A DNA stretch of 64,000 nt from Bugula neritina (GCA_964035545.1 OZ037765.1:7698698-7762697); one strand, 5' to 3'. Positions 23,801-36,693 are shown, counted from the stretch's first letter. The notes: a model not told the origin generated them from the letters alone. Made by a program: numbers and translations.

Positions 23801-26123
23801 TAGATTGTAAACTGAGCTCAACATTCTGAATTACCCTTTAAGCTGATATTATCTTTAACATAAGTCTTCAATTCTAAAGTTCACTCCCGGTACCTGTCAT
23901 TCGCATACCTTTCAAAATGGTAGTTGTGCTGTTTGCGCAGCTGACTGCTATCAGTAAAATTGCCTTGTACTCAAGCCAAATACTTTACATTACCTAGTAA
24001 AATTACTGAGCTAGAAGAGCAGCTTAGAATTGTGGGAAATGCAGTGAAATCACTGGAGGCTAGCACCGGAGCGGTAAGTGTGTCCTCGTAGCCACCCGGC
24101 TACCTGTGATACCGGTGTGGACCTCCGCTTTGCTTGAAAACAATAGACTGATATCTTAAATAGTAGGAGTTATTCTGCACTTCTGTGTTGCCTAAGGTCT
24201 GTCTGTTTGTCTAGTTGTATACCACACCCTGCCAGTTACATCAGACAGGTTTTGTTATCTGATCTGGCAACAGCTTCATTGTGTTTAGAAATTTTTTGCA
24301 GCAAAATAGTTGATCTTGAGGAGCAGCTTCAAGTAGTTCAAAACAACTTGAAATCTCTGGAGAACTCTGTTGCTAAGGTATCAGGACATGGCATGTAGTT
24401 CTGAATCTGTGCCTGCTTTTACCATTTTCTATTGTAGACATCATAGTGGTTTCCCTCGTATGAAATAACTTAGCAGGATCCTCCCCCCCAACTGTTTGCT
24501 GTCTTATTAGATATATGCCCTTCGCCGAGTGATTTGCCCTCCCCTCTTTGCAGTGTGATATCATAGATTTTTATTTGCACTGTTCTGGATTATTCATCAA
24601 CGTTCATTTGTAATGCTTGCACAGTTTTATTTGCCCGGATTCCATTCAGAAAAGGAACGACTCTGTAGGGCTTGTTGGCATCTTCTTGTTTCTCACAAGA
24701 AAATCAGATGAATTTTAGATGTGGAGGTGTGAGTGCTGAGACGGCTTGTGTGAGATCAAAACATGTGATTTATATTTTACGCCAAGACTTCATATGTGTG
24801 CCCTATAGTTAATGGTGAAGTGTGTGTGCCCTGTAGTTGATGGCTGACGTAATACACAAATGTGAGTGGTGGTCTGAACTGATAGGTTTTCTAAAATGCT
24901 TTGCTGCCCCTCTTAAATAGATTTTTGCACGAGTTTTCTTCTGTAAGTCTTCTATGCTTGTATTTTCTCTGATGCTCATTTTGACTCTTTCTCACCCCAT
25001 GTGTCTCACTAAATGAGTTTATACTGATAATTAGGTAGCCCATGCTCGGTACTGCTGTGTATGATGAGAGTAGAGATGTCTGCCAAGTATATGCACCAGA
25101 TAGTACTTTATGATTTTCTTAAATTAATCATTTATTGGCCGCATCCATACATGGCTTATGCATAGATGTCGCAATTAGACTTGATAAATAGAGGCTGCTG
25201 ACCAATCCTACTCACTGTATTGGAGAGTTATGTTATATATTCTAGGCGGCTTCCAGGGAGACAACTTACGAAGACACCATCAAAGATTTGAATGACAGAC
25301 TTAAAGATGTGAGTCAACTAGCATTATCACCCATGTTTTGTTGTTGTATATTATACATCCTGAAAGGGATAAGAGGCTTTAATATCTAATTTCAAGCAAA
25401 TTTGTTAGGCCCAAGAGAAGGCTGTTGATTTTGAGCAAAGAGCTGCTGATAGGCAGAAGAATAATGAGCAGTTAGAAGGTATTAACTGGGTGAAGTTGTT
25501 AACTGTGTGGGCATGGTCTTGCCTCCTCGTATTGTGTATTGCGGATTTTGCATGTTTAATTTGACCTGCATGTGTTTGGCTTCAATCTCAGGCTGAGAAG
25601 CGTGCTGATGATGCCGAGAGTACCTGTAAAAGATTAATGAAAGAGAATGAGAAATTTGAAGGTAAGGAAATGGTGGCTTTTTTCATTGGGCTGTAGTTGC
25701 CTATTCTGGATACACAAATGACTATACAGTCCACAATAGCTATGTAGGTAATGTTGCAGATTTTGCAAAACGGAGAGTGGAAAATTCCTACATAATTGTG
25801 TACTGCATTCATCATAATTCTTGCAATACAGCATGCGATGTTTTGGAGCAAAAATAGTTTTTAGTGGTTTTCATGCAAATGCCTCAGTGGTTTGTTGGGT
25901 TGACGTTTCTTGGCCACCCTAAGCATGCATGCGATTTTTCTGCTGTAAAGCTGCATTTTTATGTTAGAGAACCAAAATTTGTAACTTCCCAAGTTTGGTG
26001 CCATTACACTGAAACAAGCTTTATTGTTTTTCTCTTGTAGAGGATTTGAAGAAGGCAGGTGACGCTTATAATGCCCTCAATGCTGAGTTGGAGACTACGC
26101 TGAGCGAAATGGGAGCCATGTAA
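14807..26123 (+). CDS. TPM: Tropomyosin, 284-aa long isoform(s), with alternative exons
   Basis: Exons 1a 14807-14920 (114 nt), 2 15451-15576 (126), 3 19623-19756 (134), 4a 20663-20780 / 4b 21879-21996 (118), 5a 22606-22676 / 5b 22746-22816 (71), 6a 23034-23109 / 6b 23998-24073 / 6c 24302-24377 (76), 7 25246-25308 (63), 8a 25409-25478 / 8b 25592-25661 (70), 9 26041-26123. These are the canonical tropomyosin exon sizes and sum to 284 codons; MDSIKKAM start, VASLNRKLQMVEE, ADESER, RKVLE motifs. Confidence 0.96.
17367..17501 (+). CDS. TPM: Tropomyosin alternative first exon 1b (short, non-muscle-type isoform, ~249 aa)
   Basis: MADRGLVLASVKNRMQALRDELD..EEKNQ|GT, 45 codons, phase 0, located between exons 2 and 3 as in the short isoforms of other animals. 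Confidence 0.88.
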
Positions 26124-28164
26124 TCAGATTGCTGATCATTTACAAACACTGACTCGGTGTGAAGTTACTGTTACAAGAACATTCATAAGCTAACCATCAA
26201 CTCTTAGTATCGTCTGAAAACTACTAATATTTATGATGGCTTTTGGATTAGACTCTATTTTACATTTCTTGTGTGGTAGTTCTGCAAAATGCTATATTTT
26301 GTTTTAAAAAAAGTCGAATAAATATTAGAGCGAGAAATTGAACTGTTTTGTTTAAAATTTCTATTAGATCACGAATGTTCAAGTGCCTAATAGAACAAAT
26401 CATGCGAGTTTAGGAGCTCACCATTGTCACCGCCGACCAGCTTACTGTATGCTGTTATTCTAATGCCTTGCTTGCTGTTTTCAGAAATGTTTGTAGATGA
26501 ATTTGTAGAACTAATATAACTTACCCTCTTTTTTATATCTATTTTCTTTCTGTATACCTCCAGGTACAGTTGATATGTATACTATTACTTTAACATTATA
26601 TTATAAATATTTTGAACTTTTGCAATCTATAAATGTGACCCAGCTATGAGATCTTTGTTTTGGTGATGATTAATGATAAGCTAGTGAGCTCTTTCTTCTG
26701 ACTTTATTACTTATTCCCCTACTATAGCTTTTTTATCATGAATCTGGTGATGGTTTTATTACTACTATTACTATACTTTGTTAAACTAATGTGAATCGAA
26801 ATTATATAACTGATATTTTCTATTTACATCAGTGGTAGCTATTTGTGTTCTCTAGCTGCTACTAATGTGTTTAGTTGTAAGTAAAAAAAATTGAATAAAC
26901 ACCACTTTAACAAAAGAAAGATGTATTTCATTGCTCATTTATGACAGAGTTCTATATATATATTGCAGTGGCATAAAGTGGTAGTTACATAATATTATTT
27001 TTGTTCAGCATCAAAGATTGTAAAGTTTTGAAGGTGTAATAATATACTATGTACTAGTGTTGTTTCATGCCTAGTACAGTATAAGTTCTTAAAATGTAAT
27101 ATAAATAGGTAGGGTATCACAAATGGCTGTAGAAATATTGTTACAACCCGGCTAATGGGTCGAGTTTCTACGTGAAGCTGAACCTTTTATATTGATATAA
27201 AAAAAAATCACTTGACTTGAATGCAGCAATAAATTTGGAATTAGATTATGTTATAACTAAATAATTATATACAGATTTGCTGATGTAGTTTACTCAGAAT
27301 GTATTGTACATAAGCTTGTAAGTGTTAGCTTCGGAGATTTCATTTGGTTCTTCAACTCCAAGCTGTACTACAATACACTATTGAATAAAAACATATCTTA
27401 GTGTAATCACAGTTATATAGATTTTAAAAAGTATGACTCAGGAAGTTATTACATATCACTATATAACTCATTAGAAGAAGTTACCTACAGCCACATTTAA
27501 TTCACTAGCATAATTGAAAATAGTCTCTCTTGCATAACCAACAAATTTTCATTGCCCCCCATAAATCTATCTAAATATTATTCATTAAGCATATGCAAGT
27601 TTGTTTACGATGAATCCAGAAGGCATTTGTATTTGAGAACGTACCAATTATGACTGTAGTCAATGTTTGCTAACGTAACAGCTGCAGTTGGCATCAGGAT
27701 ATTAAATATTTTCCATTCACTATAAAAAAAGCAAATGTTAGTTACCTAATGCATATTTATTATAATATAATTGCTGTTGCATGTAAATTATTATGTTCAA
27801 ATGGACATGTACCTATAATTTAAAAGCTGGGAACAATCCATCTGTAATCACAAAAAATAGAGTACAACGCTATATTTTCAACAGTCCTGGTGAGTGGGAT
27901 CTGAATGCTTACTTTAGTTTTATTTATGCAATATAGAAACTCTACAAACTATTTTATTCAACTCTAAATAAGACAACTTAAATATGTACCCAATGTTGTA
28001 CAATTCTTTCGTGTTGGTCCTGGCCAAGTGGACTATTATTTACATGACTAGTGCAAATTAATGGTAAAGCCTAGAATTATTGGACAAGAGTTTTTACAGT
28101 GCTGGGAGTTGTCGGACCAATTCTAAAATATGTTTTGCAAGTCCTAATTTCTACAGTATCGCGA

Positions 28165-28182
28165 AGTCTCGTCCTTTTACGT
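28165..28182 (+). promoter_or_regulatory. Pyrimidine-rich TCT/5'TOP-like start of RPS25
   Basis: TCTCGTCCTTTTAC lies ~20-30 nt upstream of the ATG-only first coding exon, as expected for a ribosomal protein gene. Confidence 0.55.
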
Positions 28183-28198
28183 AAAACCTTCATTAAAT

Positions 28199-30231
28199 AT
28201 GGTAGGCACGTTTTTCTTTTTCTTCTTATGCTTATATTTAAAACTACTAGCAATATATTTAAGAAACTTTGTACCTTATTAACACGCTTTTAAACTTGAG
28301 ACACAATATTTTTTATTAGTTTTTGTTACACCAATTTGGTACTGAATAACCAATTATTATAAAATAAACTCGTATTTATTTTCGATTTCATGAGATGTAA
28401 ACTTAGACTTGGAGTTAGTCCATGGTCATGTTGATGTTCTTCAGTGAAAACCTGCTAAAATTGATTTTTAATCTTTGTCTTGTCTGTAGCTAAAGATACT
28501 TGTAAATTTACCAAGCCGTTGGCATTTATGGTACTATAAGTAAGCCAAGTAAAATTTGTACTAAGTCTAATGTGTATAACTATGATTAAGTATGGTGTCG
28601 TGTCGGTGTACTTCTAGTTATACCAATCAAATTGTATTTGTAGTACTAGTAGCAGTTCAAAGTCAATAAGCTTGACACCAATTGCGGTGGAAAAATTAAA
28701 GATTGGAATTCCGCATTTTTTCAGATTCGCATTTAAATTTGCCAATATTAAAAGTTGCAAAACTTATTTTATGAATTGCATTTATTTTTAATTTCTTACA
28801 GTACCATTAGTATTACCAATACTAATAAATGTTAAATATAATAATCTATATGGGTACTAATAGTATTTAGATGAGTTATACTAATAATAGTAAATAGTAA
28901 TAGATTTAGTATTCAGATTACTCCGACTGACTCTTGTTATATTGATCTATATTTTTTAACCTTATATGGTATATACTACTATCATAATAATTATTTTATT
29001 ACTGTAAAACTTCTACTCCATATATTTTTAGCCGCCAAAGAAGGCAGGTAAAGATAGTAAAACTCCTAGTAAGGCGCCGGCCAAGAAGAAAGAAGGGTCT
29101 GGTGGTAAAGCTAAGAAGAAGGTATCTAACATTTGCAATTAAATTAAATCAGTAGAAAAGTCTTGGTAGCTGTACTACAAGTAGGCATGAAAATTTTTTT
29201 AATTAGTTTAATATATTCACGTTCATCATTCTCGAAACCAATTAACCTTGTTAAATACTTACTTGAAAATCTTAATAAAGGCTGATAAAATATTTTAGAA
29301 AATTGCTTGGCATAGTTGCAATTTAAATGCTTGAAGACTTGATTCAAGTTACTTATTGCTTCAAACACAAACTGATGCTATGCTGTGAGTTGAAATATCT
29401 TGTGATAAATATCATTGCTGAAGAAATTATTTGCAGAAGTGGTCAAAAGGAAAAGTAAGAGACAAGTTGAACAATTTGGTTTTGTTTGACAAAGCTACAT
29501 ATGATAAATTGCTGAAGGAAGTACCAGCTTACAAGTTGATTACCCCATCAGTTGTTTCTGAAAGACTAAAAGTTAGAGGTAGCTTGGCTAGAGCAGCTCT
29601 CGCTGATCTTCATTCTAAAGGTAAATTGTTTTGATTGTAAATATTTTTGAACGTGTAATATAAATTGGTGTAATTACCAACGTAAAGATTAAAAATAATG
29701 ATTATTTGCTTCCAGGTTCAAATACTCAACAGAAATTTCAATAATATGCTTAGGTATTGAGTTGTATAAGTATACAGTAAGTTGATAGTATAGAGTTGTG
29801 AAAAGCTGAATTACTTGCTGGTATTAGCTTTAATTAGTAGAAACAATAGTAATATTTATAATTGTAATGTGAAAAACCATTGTATGGGTGTAACTTTTTT
29901 TCCTCTTTTTTAAGCTGTAATGGAGAAGTTGGTTTATGAGTTTGGTGTACCAGGTTGTGCTTTTAATATAACATCACAGTTCCACAAAAAAAGTTTCCTA
30001 CCTCTGGGAATGTGGATATAATATGATGAAAACTTCACTGACCTGTTCATACAACACAATGGTGATAGTTTGTCTGAATCCATAATCTGCTAGTGTTTAC
30101 TGCAACAAAATTATTTATTCTTTTTGTGTACAGCTTAGGTTTGTGTTGCAGGATTGATAAAGTTGGTGAGCAAACACAGAGCACAGATTATATACACCAG
30201 AATTACTAAAGGTGAAGATGAAGCCGAGTAG
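28199..30231 (+). CDS. RPS25: 40S ribosomal protein S25 (eS25)
   Basis: ATG|GT at 28199-28201, exons 29032-29121, 29437-29620, 30152-30231: [53 protein letters not shown]. Confidence 0.97.
30011..30083 (+). ncRNA. Intronic box C/D snoRNA, SNORD25(U25)/snR56-like
   Basis: Terminal stem TGTGGAT/ATCCATA, C box ATGATGA 30023-30029, C'-like ATGGTGA, D box CTGA 30074-30077, guide TCACTGACCTGT (11/12 to the 18S ACAGGUCUGUGA site); ends ~70 nt upstream of the 3' splice site of a ribosomal protein intron. Confidence 0.72.
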
Positions 30232-31368
30232 ATTGTGATTTACTTCTTACCTAATAAATAATATGCTCTAAAACTAACATCTTGTTGATTTATTTTTCAG
30301 CATTGTAATAAATGCAAAATCTCTAATATGAGACCAAGTAAAAATAAAATTCACTATAGCTATCTGACTGTGACCTGTTGGAAAGAAGATTGCATAATCT
30401 TTTTTATAATTCAAATAGTTGCAAAACTTGAAATATTATGTACAGCATATATTATAAAAACAGCAGTGAACTTTCATGAAAAAATAATAATTTGAATTTT
30501 AACGAAGTGCATGATTGTCATAAATTCTGTTGAAATGAACAACTTTTCACAAGTGATGCTCATTTTAATCTTTTACTGGGGTATGGGAAGAATATGATTG
30601 AATACTAGTACATTCAAGGGTTGTACATACTGGACTAGGAAGGTTAAGACTTGAGTAAGTGGAATATAAATAAGGGATTTTACAAAGGTGACGTGACTGG
30701 ATTGTGGGTGAAACAATCGGTTTTGGCTATAGTCCTCAAAATTTGCTTGGTGGCCTAAATGATGGTGCTGCTAAATTGTTCTTGTTTTGCATTGGCTGCA
30801 TGTAGCCTGTCAAACTCTACTTGAGGTTTGAATATTTGCTTTTACATTCCCAGAGTTTAGTTTGCCTACAATGTGATATTTTTAGACTATAATAGTCCTA
30901 ATTGGTAAAATAGTTCAACCTTGTCTGTGCACTAGTAATTTTCGGAAGCTGCCAGTTGTACACATTTAGCTTGATTAGTCATTTACTTATTGATGCACCA
31001 TGTGCAATGCAGGAAATTTCTGATAATTTGGAGCATATTAAATATAATAAGTTGCTTTGAGTAAATTAGTATAAGAAATGCAACTGTTTGTAATTAGACC
31101 GACTTGGCATTTACACTGGCTACAATAGACCCTCTGTTCACATGCAATACTGCGAGCAATGCATCTTCAATAAATCTAATAGTGAAAGCAACATTTAACT
31201 CTGCTGTATTTGTTGTCATTTTGAGTGCAGAAGATATACACGGATTTATAAACACAAATTCTAATTAGACATTTATTGCTTTATCACAGTCAGCCGTTGG
31301 TGCCTATAGCTTAACCAGGCACATGATATCTGGAAGATATTTAGACATTTGTTGCTACAAGCTCTACC

Positions 31369-34332
31369 ATGGATGTATCAGAACTTACTCCTACTGTGGA
31401 GAAAATATACTTCTCAGAGAAACAGCATTTATCTTTCAGTCTTGTGATGGGTAGCCTTTCCTTGTTCGGATTTATCTACTGCGTGTTACTCATAGTATTC
31501 AATGTAAGGTACAGAAACCTCAGGTGAGCTAGTATGGCTATAATATTTCTCATCTGTTTTTTACTATTCTTGTTTTGAAAGCAGCACTTTTGGCATTGTT
31601 TCGGATTAGGAACACTTTGTGTATTTTACCACATAGTTCTTGGCAGACGTGTTTCAGTTTTATAGGAGACTCAGTGCATTGTTCATTGTCAAACCATGTT
31701 GATTTTTCTCAAAATAAAATTAAGCCAAAAAGAAGTAGTGTTATAATTTTTAGGTGGCTTCATGTATCTTTTTTTGAAGTTGAAAATTTATAGACTGGGG
31801 AAGGGACCTTCATTTAAGCACCCCTGCTGTAGGTAGCAAGAATGAAGGCGTAAACCTACTTGTAATCTGCGTATATTATGTTTTCACTGAAAAAATAGCA
31901 TATTACACCAACTGCCTATTTCTCTAGCCTAAACAATACTTTCTAATGAGTTTATATTCTACATGTGAACATTCACCTTGCTTATGGCTGGTCTAACAAA
32001 TAACTGGAACAGCCAAAATTGCATAGAGCTCCACACTTGTATTTTAAAAAAGAAAACAATTTAACATTTAGGAGCAGTAGTGGAGGAATTAATATAGCCT
32101 AAATTCTTTAATTTTTTTGGTTAAATTATGGTTTGGGCTGCAGTTGAAATTCCAATGCCAGAGTGTACTACAACAGTGATAATGCTACGTCATATCTTCC
32201 AGGTTCATAAAGATGACGAGTCCACGTATCAACATCCTGATGACTATTGGAGGCTTAGTAATGTATAGCTATTCTATGTTGGTGGCCATCTCACCTCTCT
32301 TACCTGTTCATCAGTCTCATTACCAGGTAATAAACCTTTAGATGCAAAGCCACTGTATTTTGGCTAACTAAGATTTCTAACTATTAGGGATTGCGTTTTA
32401 AATGCAAGTGTTTTAGTTAATAGGTCGCCAATTTGTTATGTTGCAACAACAGTTGGGATCTGGATTTCACAAGCAGATAACTTTTTCTACTTTCCTTATA
32501 ATTTTTGAGCCAATTATGGGTTACTGTTGATATGCACATGATCTCAAATGAGGTATAAAACTTTTTGTCAGATGTCATCCCTGTCAGATCATGTTGTATG
32601 ACTATATGTTAGATTCAGTAGGTATCATACATTTTATATATTTACATCCCCTCCCCTCTTTTGCTTGCCCCATTCTGAAAGGCTAACAGAAATTGTACCC
32701 TGATTAATACCGATATTATAAACTCTAAAAACATTTTAAAAACTATAAAGATAAAGATGCAGTGAATCTGCGCTAATACAGTAAATAGTGTGCGTTGATC
32801 TATAGAATCTAGTTCAAGTGTAGAAATAAGCTGCACTAAGATAACAGTTTCCAATTAGCTAGTACAGAAGTAGACAAAGCTACCAAGTTACTCTTACAAT
32901 CATTATCCAGTGTTTTGTTAACCAAATGAAAGTTACAAAAATTTAGAAGTTTCAAGTTTTCTCAGATTTACATATCCATGTTCCCAGTTAATTCTGGGTA
33001 GATGTTTGGACTTACCACTTGGATCTGTATCATATAGAACTCTTCATAAGTAAAATGTAATAGCTCCAAATAGTAGTTGCCTGCAATTATTATAATGCAG
33101 TGTGTACACCAACAAAGTTTTTATTTATTTTTTTTGTGTATGGGAATATATTATTTAACATACACTTGCCTATGTTGCATGTGACACAAGTTGTATTTGC
33201 TGTAAGCAAATAATATAAATGCCTGCCGCTATCTCTTACATCCTGCAATAGAGTGTATATAATACATTCACACAATTCAATTATATATGACACATAATAG
33301 AATCATAATTAGTATTTGAAGTTTACTATGCATTATAATATAACATCTTAAGCTTATATCTCTAGTAGAGTATGGACTGCAGTATAGATTAAAGGGACTC
33401 CAAGTAAAACTTTTGCCATGTTTGAGTTACAATTAAAATAATATTTTCATGTTTGACAGAGTAAATATCTTATAAATTTATTTTTAGCTTCAGTATTGGC
33501 TGTTAACTATAGGATTCACTCTGCTAGTTGGGTCAATGCTTGTCAAGGGATGGCGAATTTATCGACTGTTTTTATATCAAAAGAAGAGAAAACAGGTATG
33601 AATTCATATTAAGAAGCAACCTAAGTACTTTTGTAATTTACTTTTCAGCTGTTAGTTGCCTGCTCATTGAATGCAAATGTGTGAAGTGGGCAAATTTCAA
33701 TTAATTGCAGTATTTGTCAAAAATCAAATTATTTTTGATTTTTAGCAACATTTTTGTGGCATAGTTTTGAAGCAACACTTTTGAATAGCAGGTTTCATAA
33801 ATGTGTTATGCAATTTAAAAAGACTTTAGATAAAACAACTGATGGAAACTTCTAGGGTACATTAAGAATAATTCTTATTTTAATACTAGAATTATTATAG
33901 GAAATATTGTAAGAGGCTGATTTTAATTAAAAGTTTGTAATATTTACTGTGCACAGGCATGTAGTAAATATTATTGCACAGTCTAAAGGTAAAATAAAAA
34001 CTTTGTAAACACACAGGAGTTACCTTAAATTTACCTGCTATGCATTTATCATATACACTTTATAATAAGTTTTCTTTCTTTGGCAAACTTAAGTGCTGAG
34101 TTTTTGTTTTGTAGTCTATAAAAGATGGGAACCTGGTAGTGGCTTTGCTAGCATTTCTAGTGTTGGACACGTCATTCATGTTGTGTTGGCAGTTGTCCGA
34201 CCCTCTCACATGCTCTTTTCTAAGCTGTACTTCAACTGCTCAATCTACTTGGCTGCTGGTATTGAGTGCATATAAGCAAGTATTTGCACTAGCAGCCTGT
34301 TTTGTAGGGTGAGTAGGCTACTGTATAAGCAG

Positions 34333-34391
<59 letters not shown>

Positions 34392-36693
34392 CAACATGTG
34401 TGCTAGATTATAATTAACCGTATATACAAGTATATATTTTCATAACTAATTTTTTTTATAGATGGGCTATTCGCCATGTGACATTCCCTGCATTAGATGA
34501 TGGAAGAAGCTTGCTAATAACTACAGTGTTGAGTCTAGTTTCTACCAGCATTATCTCTGCTGTAGTGGCACTCTACCCACAATATGTACAACTTCCTGTT
34601 TATATGTCTTCTGCTCTCGCTTGGCTCACGACAACTGTTGCTCTATCAGCAGCTTTTCTGCAAAAGGTATGCATATAAAAAAACTGCAAAACTGAGCTTA
34701 AAACTCACTTTTCTGCTTATTTTGCTTTTTTAGTTTGCTTTTAGTCCTGTAAGTGGATACAAACTATTTTAATGCATCCGTACTGTGAAAATTGCAGATG
34801 TTTGTGATATACCATAATAAAGGCAAAGAGCCATATATGAACTCCGTTTCTAAATATATACAAGCACCTATGTCCAATGATGCAGGGGAAGAACTATTAA
34901 AAGTTCTCGGAGAAAATCATTATTTGAAACAAAGACTCCATGAGGTATGGAAGTTATATAATATTAATGTTGAAGTCGATCTCTAGCTATTATATTATAA
35001 TATATGGGTTATATTGTTATATCTGTCTATTGTAAATACTTTATTGGGATTTATGACTCTTGACGGATTTTACTAGAAAACTGCCATACATAATTACTTT
35101 ATTAGTATTTCTAATTGCTATTGATTTCAGGCTTCGTTACATGCTTGACTTGATGAAGTGACTACTGGACTGTCTACTCATTGTCTATGAAATATCAGTC
35201 TGACCAAAACCCATCATTATTAAATATCCAACTCTATTTCAGTACCAAATATTATTAGAATATTGTATTACAGGACGCCACATCCGACTGTTAAAAGTTC
35301 TAATTTTCATTTCACTTGCACTACTAGAATTGCAATTAATAAACAGTGTGCAGGCCTTACATTTATTAATGTCTTGGTGTATGCTGACTGATAGATTAAT
35401 TCATGAAATCTGTTAGAAACCCAATACCCAAAAATTTTTGGGACATTTACAAAAGATCACTCAAATAATTGTGCATCTATCATATTACAATGCTCAATAA
35501 ATTTAATGCATAATTACTCTAAAAAAGTAGAAAAGATTTAGCTCTGTTTACATCTATGAAAAGAAGATGGGTTCTTTTACTGAAGCAAAATTTTCTTGCT
35601 CTTATGTTTTCAAGTTTATTTATAATCACAACTTTTCTGGTAGCTTGATGCCATTGCATAAAACAACTCATACTCACTACATGGCTTGCAAGCTGCACAG
35701 GAGATCACTAAATGTTCTCCTTCACATCTGTTTAGCTTTCATTGACCAGTCTAGCACAACGTCATGCTATACAACAACACCTGTTTTGAATAGATGATGC
35801 CTTCTTCCTTTCTTAGTTTGTAAACATCTTAATAGTATACAAATTGTATAAGAACTCATTGGTTTGTTTACGAGAAACAACAACCAAACTTTATTAGAAA
35901 CTCTGTAGATCTCTCAACTAACTCCTTTGATGTTTTGTATTTATTACAGACAGAAAGCATGATAAACCAACTAAGAAAACTGGTTCCAGATACTCTACAC
36001 GTTGGACAGGAAGTGAGTCATGCTAACTCATCTGCTACCCACGGTACATACAACTCTACACAGATGGATAAACCTTATCTTTTGCACCTGCTTAGTACAT
36101 GTTGTGCAAAAATTGAGTCTGAAGAACATCAGCCTGAAAAACTTGTACTTCAACAGAAATTTCAAAACAACGAGCGTCTTCTTTCACTTGACAAGCCTTG
36201 TCCGCTGGATCATACTCTGAGTTTGACTTCAAGGCTATCTGGTAACAGTATTATGGGGTCGCCAATGCATACCCGACCTATCTTACCCTTGCAAGATGAA
36301 GTTAGTCAGCTGGCAACAATTGAGTACGGCTGCGGGAACAATATAGACTTGATATGTTCCATTGCTGATACGTATGAGTTACCTAGTGATTCGGATACAT
36401 ACTCATACTTGAGCAACTGTCTTATACAAAGAAACTATGAGCCTAATAGATTAGATAGTGTAGAGAGATCAGTGCGAAGAAGTCAAGGTAGTATTCCTAC
36501 AAGTTGCCAGAAAGAGCATCAGGCTTCACCCCCAACAGATATGAACGGAATGAGTAAGACGGGGAGACACAGGAAGTACAGGAGAAGAAGCAGGTCTCAA
36601 CCAGCTTCCCTTCGTCGTTCACGACATCAGAATGATAAAACTACTAAGCCAAATATCATGACAGATTCTAACTGTAGCACTGTGATTCTTTAG
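31369..36693 (+). CDS. Class C (GABA-B-related) 7TM receptor without Venus flytrap domain, GPR156-like
   Basis: Exons 31369-31523, 32203-32326, 33488-33595, 34115-34308, 34462-34666, 34798-34944, 35950-36693 join in frame. Motifs IKMTSPRINIL, GFTLLVGSMLVKGWRIYRLF, IKDGNL, WQLSDPL, YKQV, WAIRHVTFPALDD are 7tm_3 GABA-B/GPR156 signatures; a coiled coil and a long disordered tail follow. Confidence 0.85.
34336..34389. repeat. (TA)n microsatellite
   Basis: Visible run in GPCR intron 4. Confidence 0.95.

Noticed and set aside
29370-29425. Second C/D snoRNA in RPS25 intron 2
   Set aside because: C box imperfect, CTGA only ~15 nt from the acceptor, no terminal stem or recognisable guide.
32424-33048. 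Extra GPCR exons or a recoded TGA (IFEPIMGYC*) in intron 2
   Set aside because: Frames contain stops or break phase, and exon 33488-33595 already supplies TM3 in frame.
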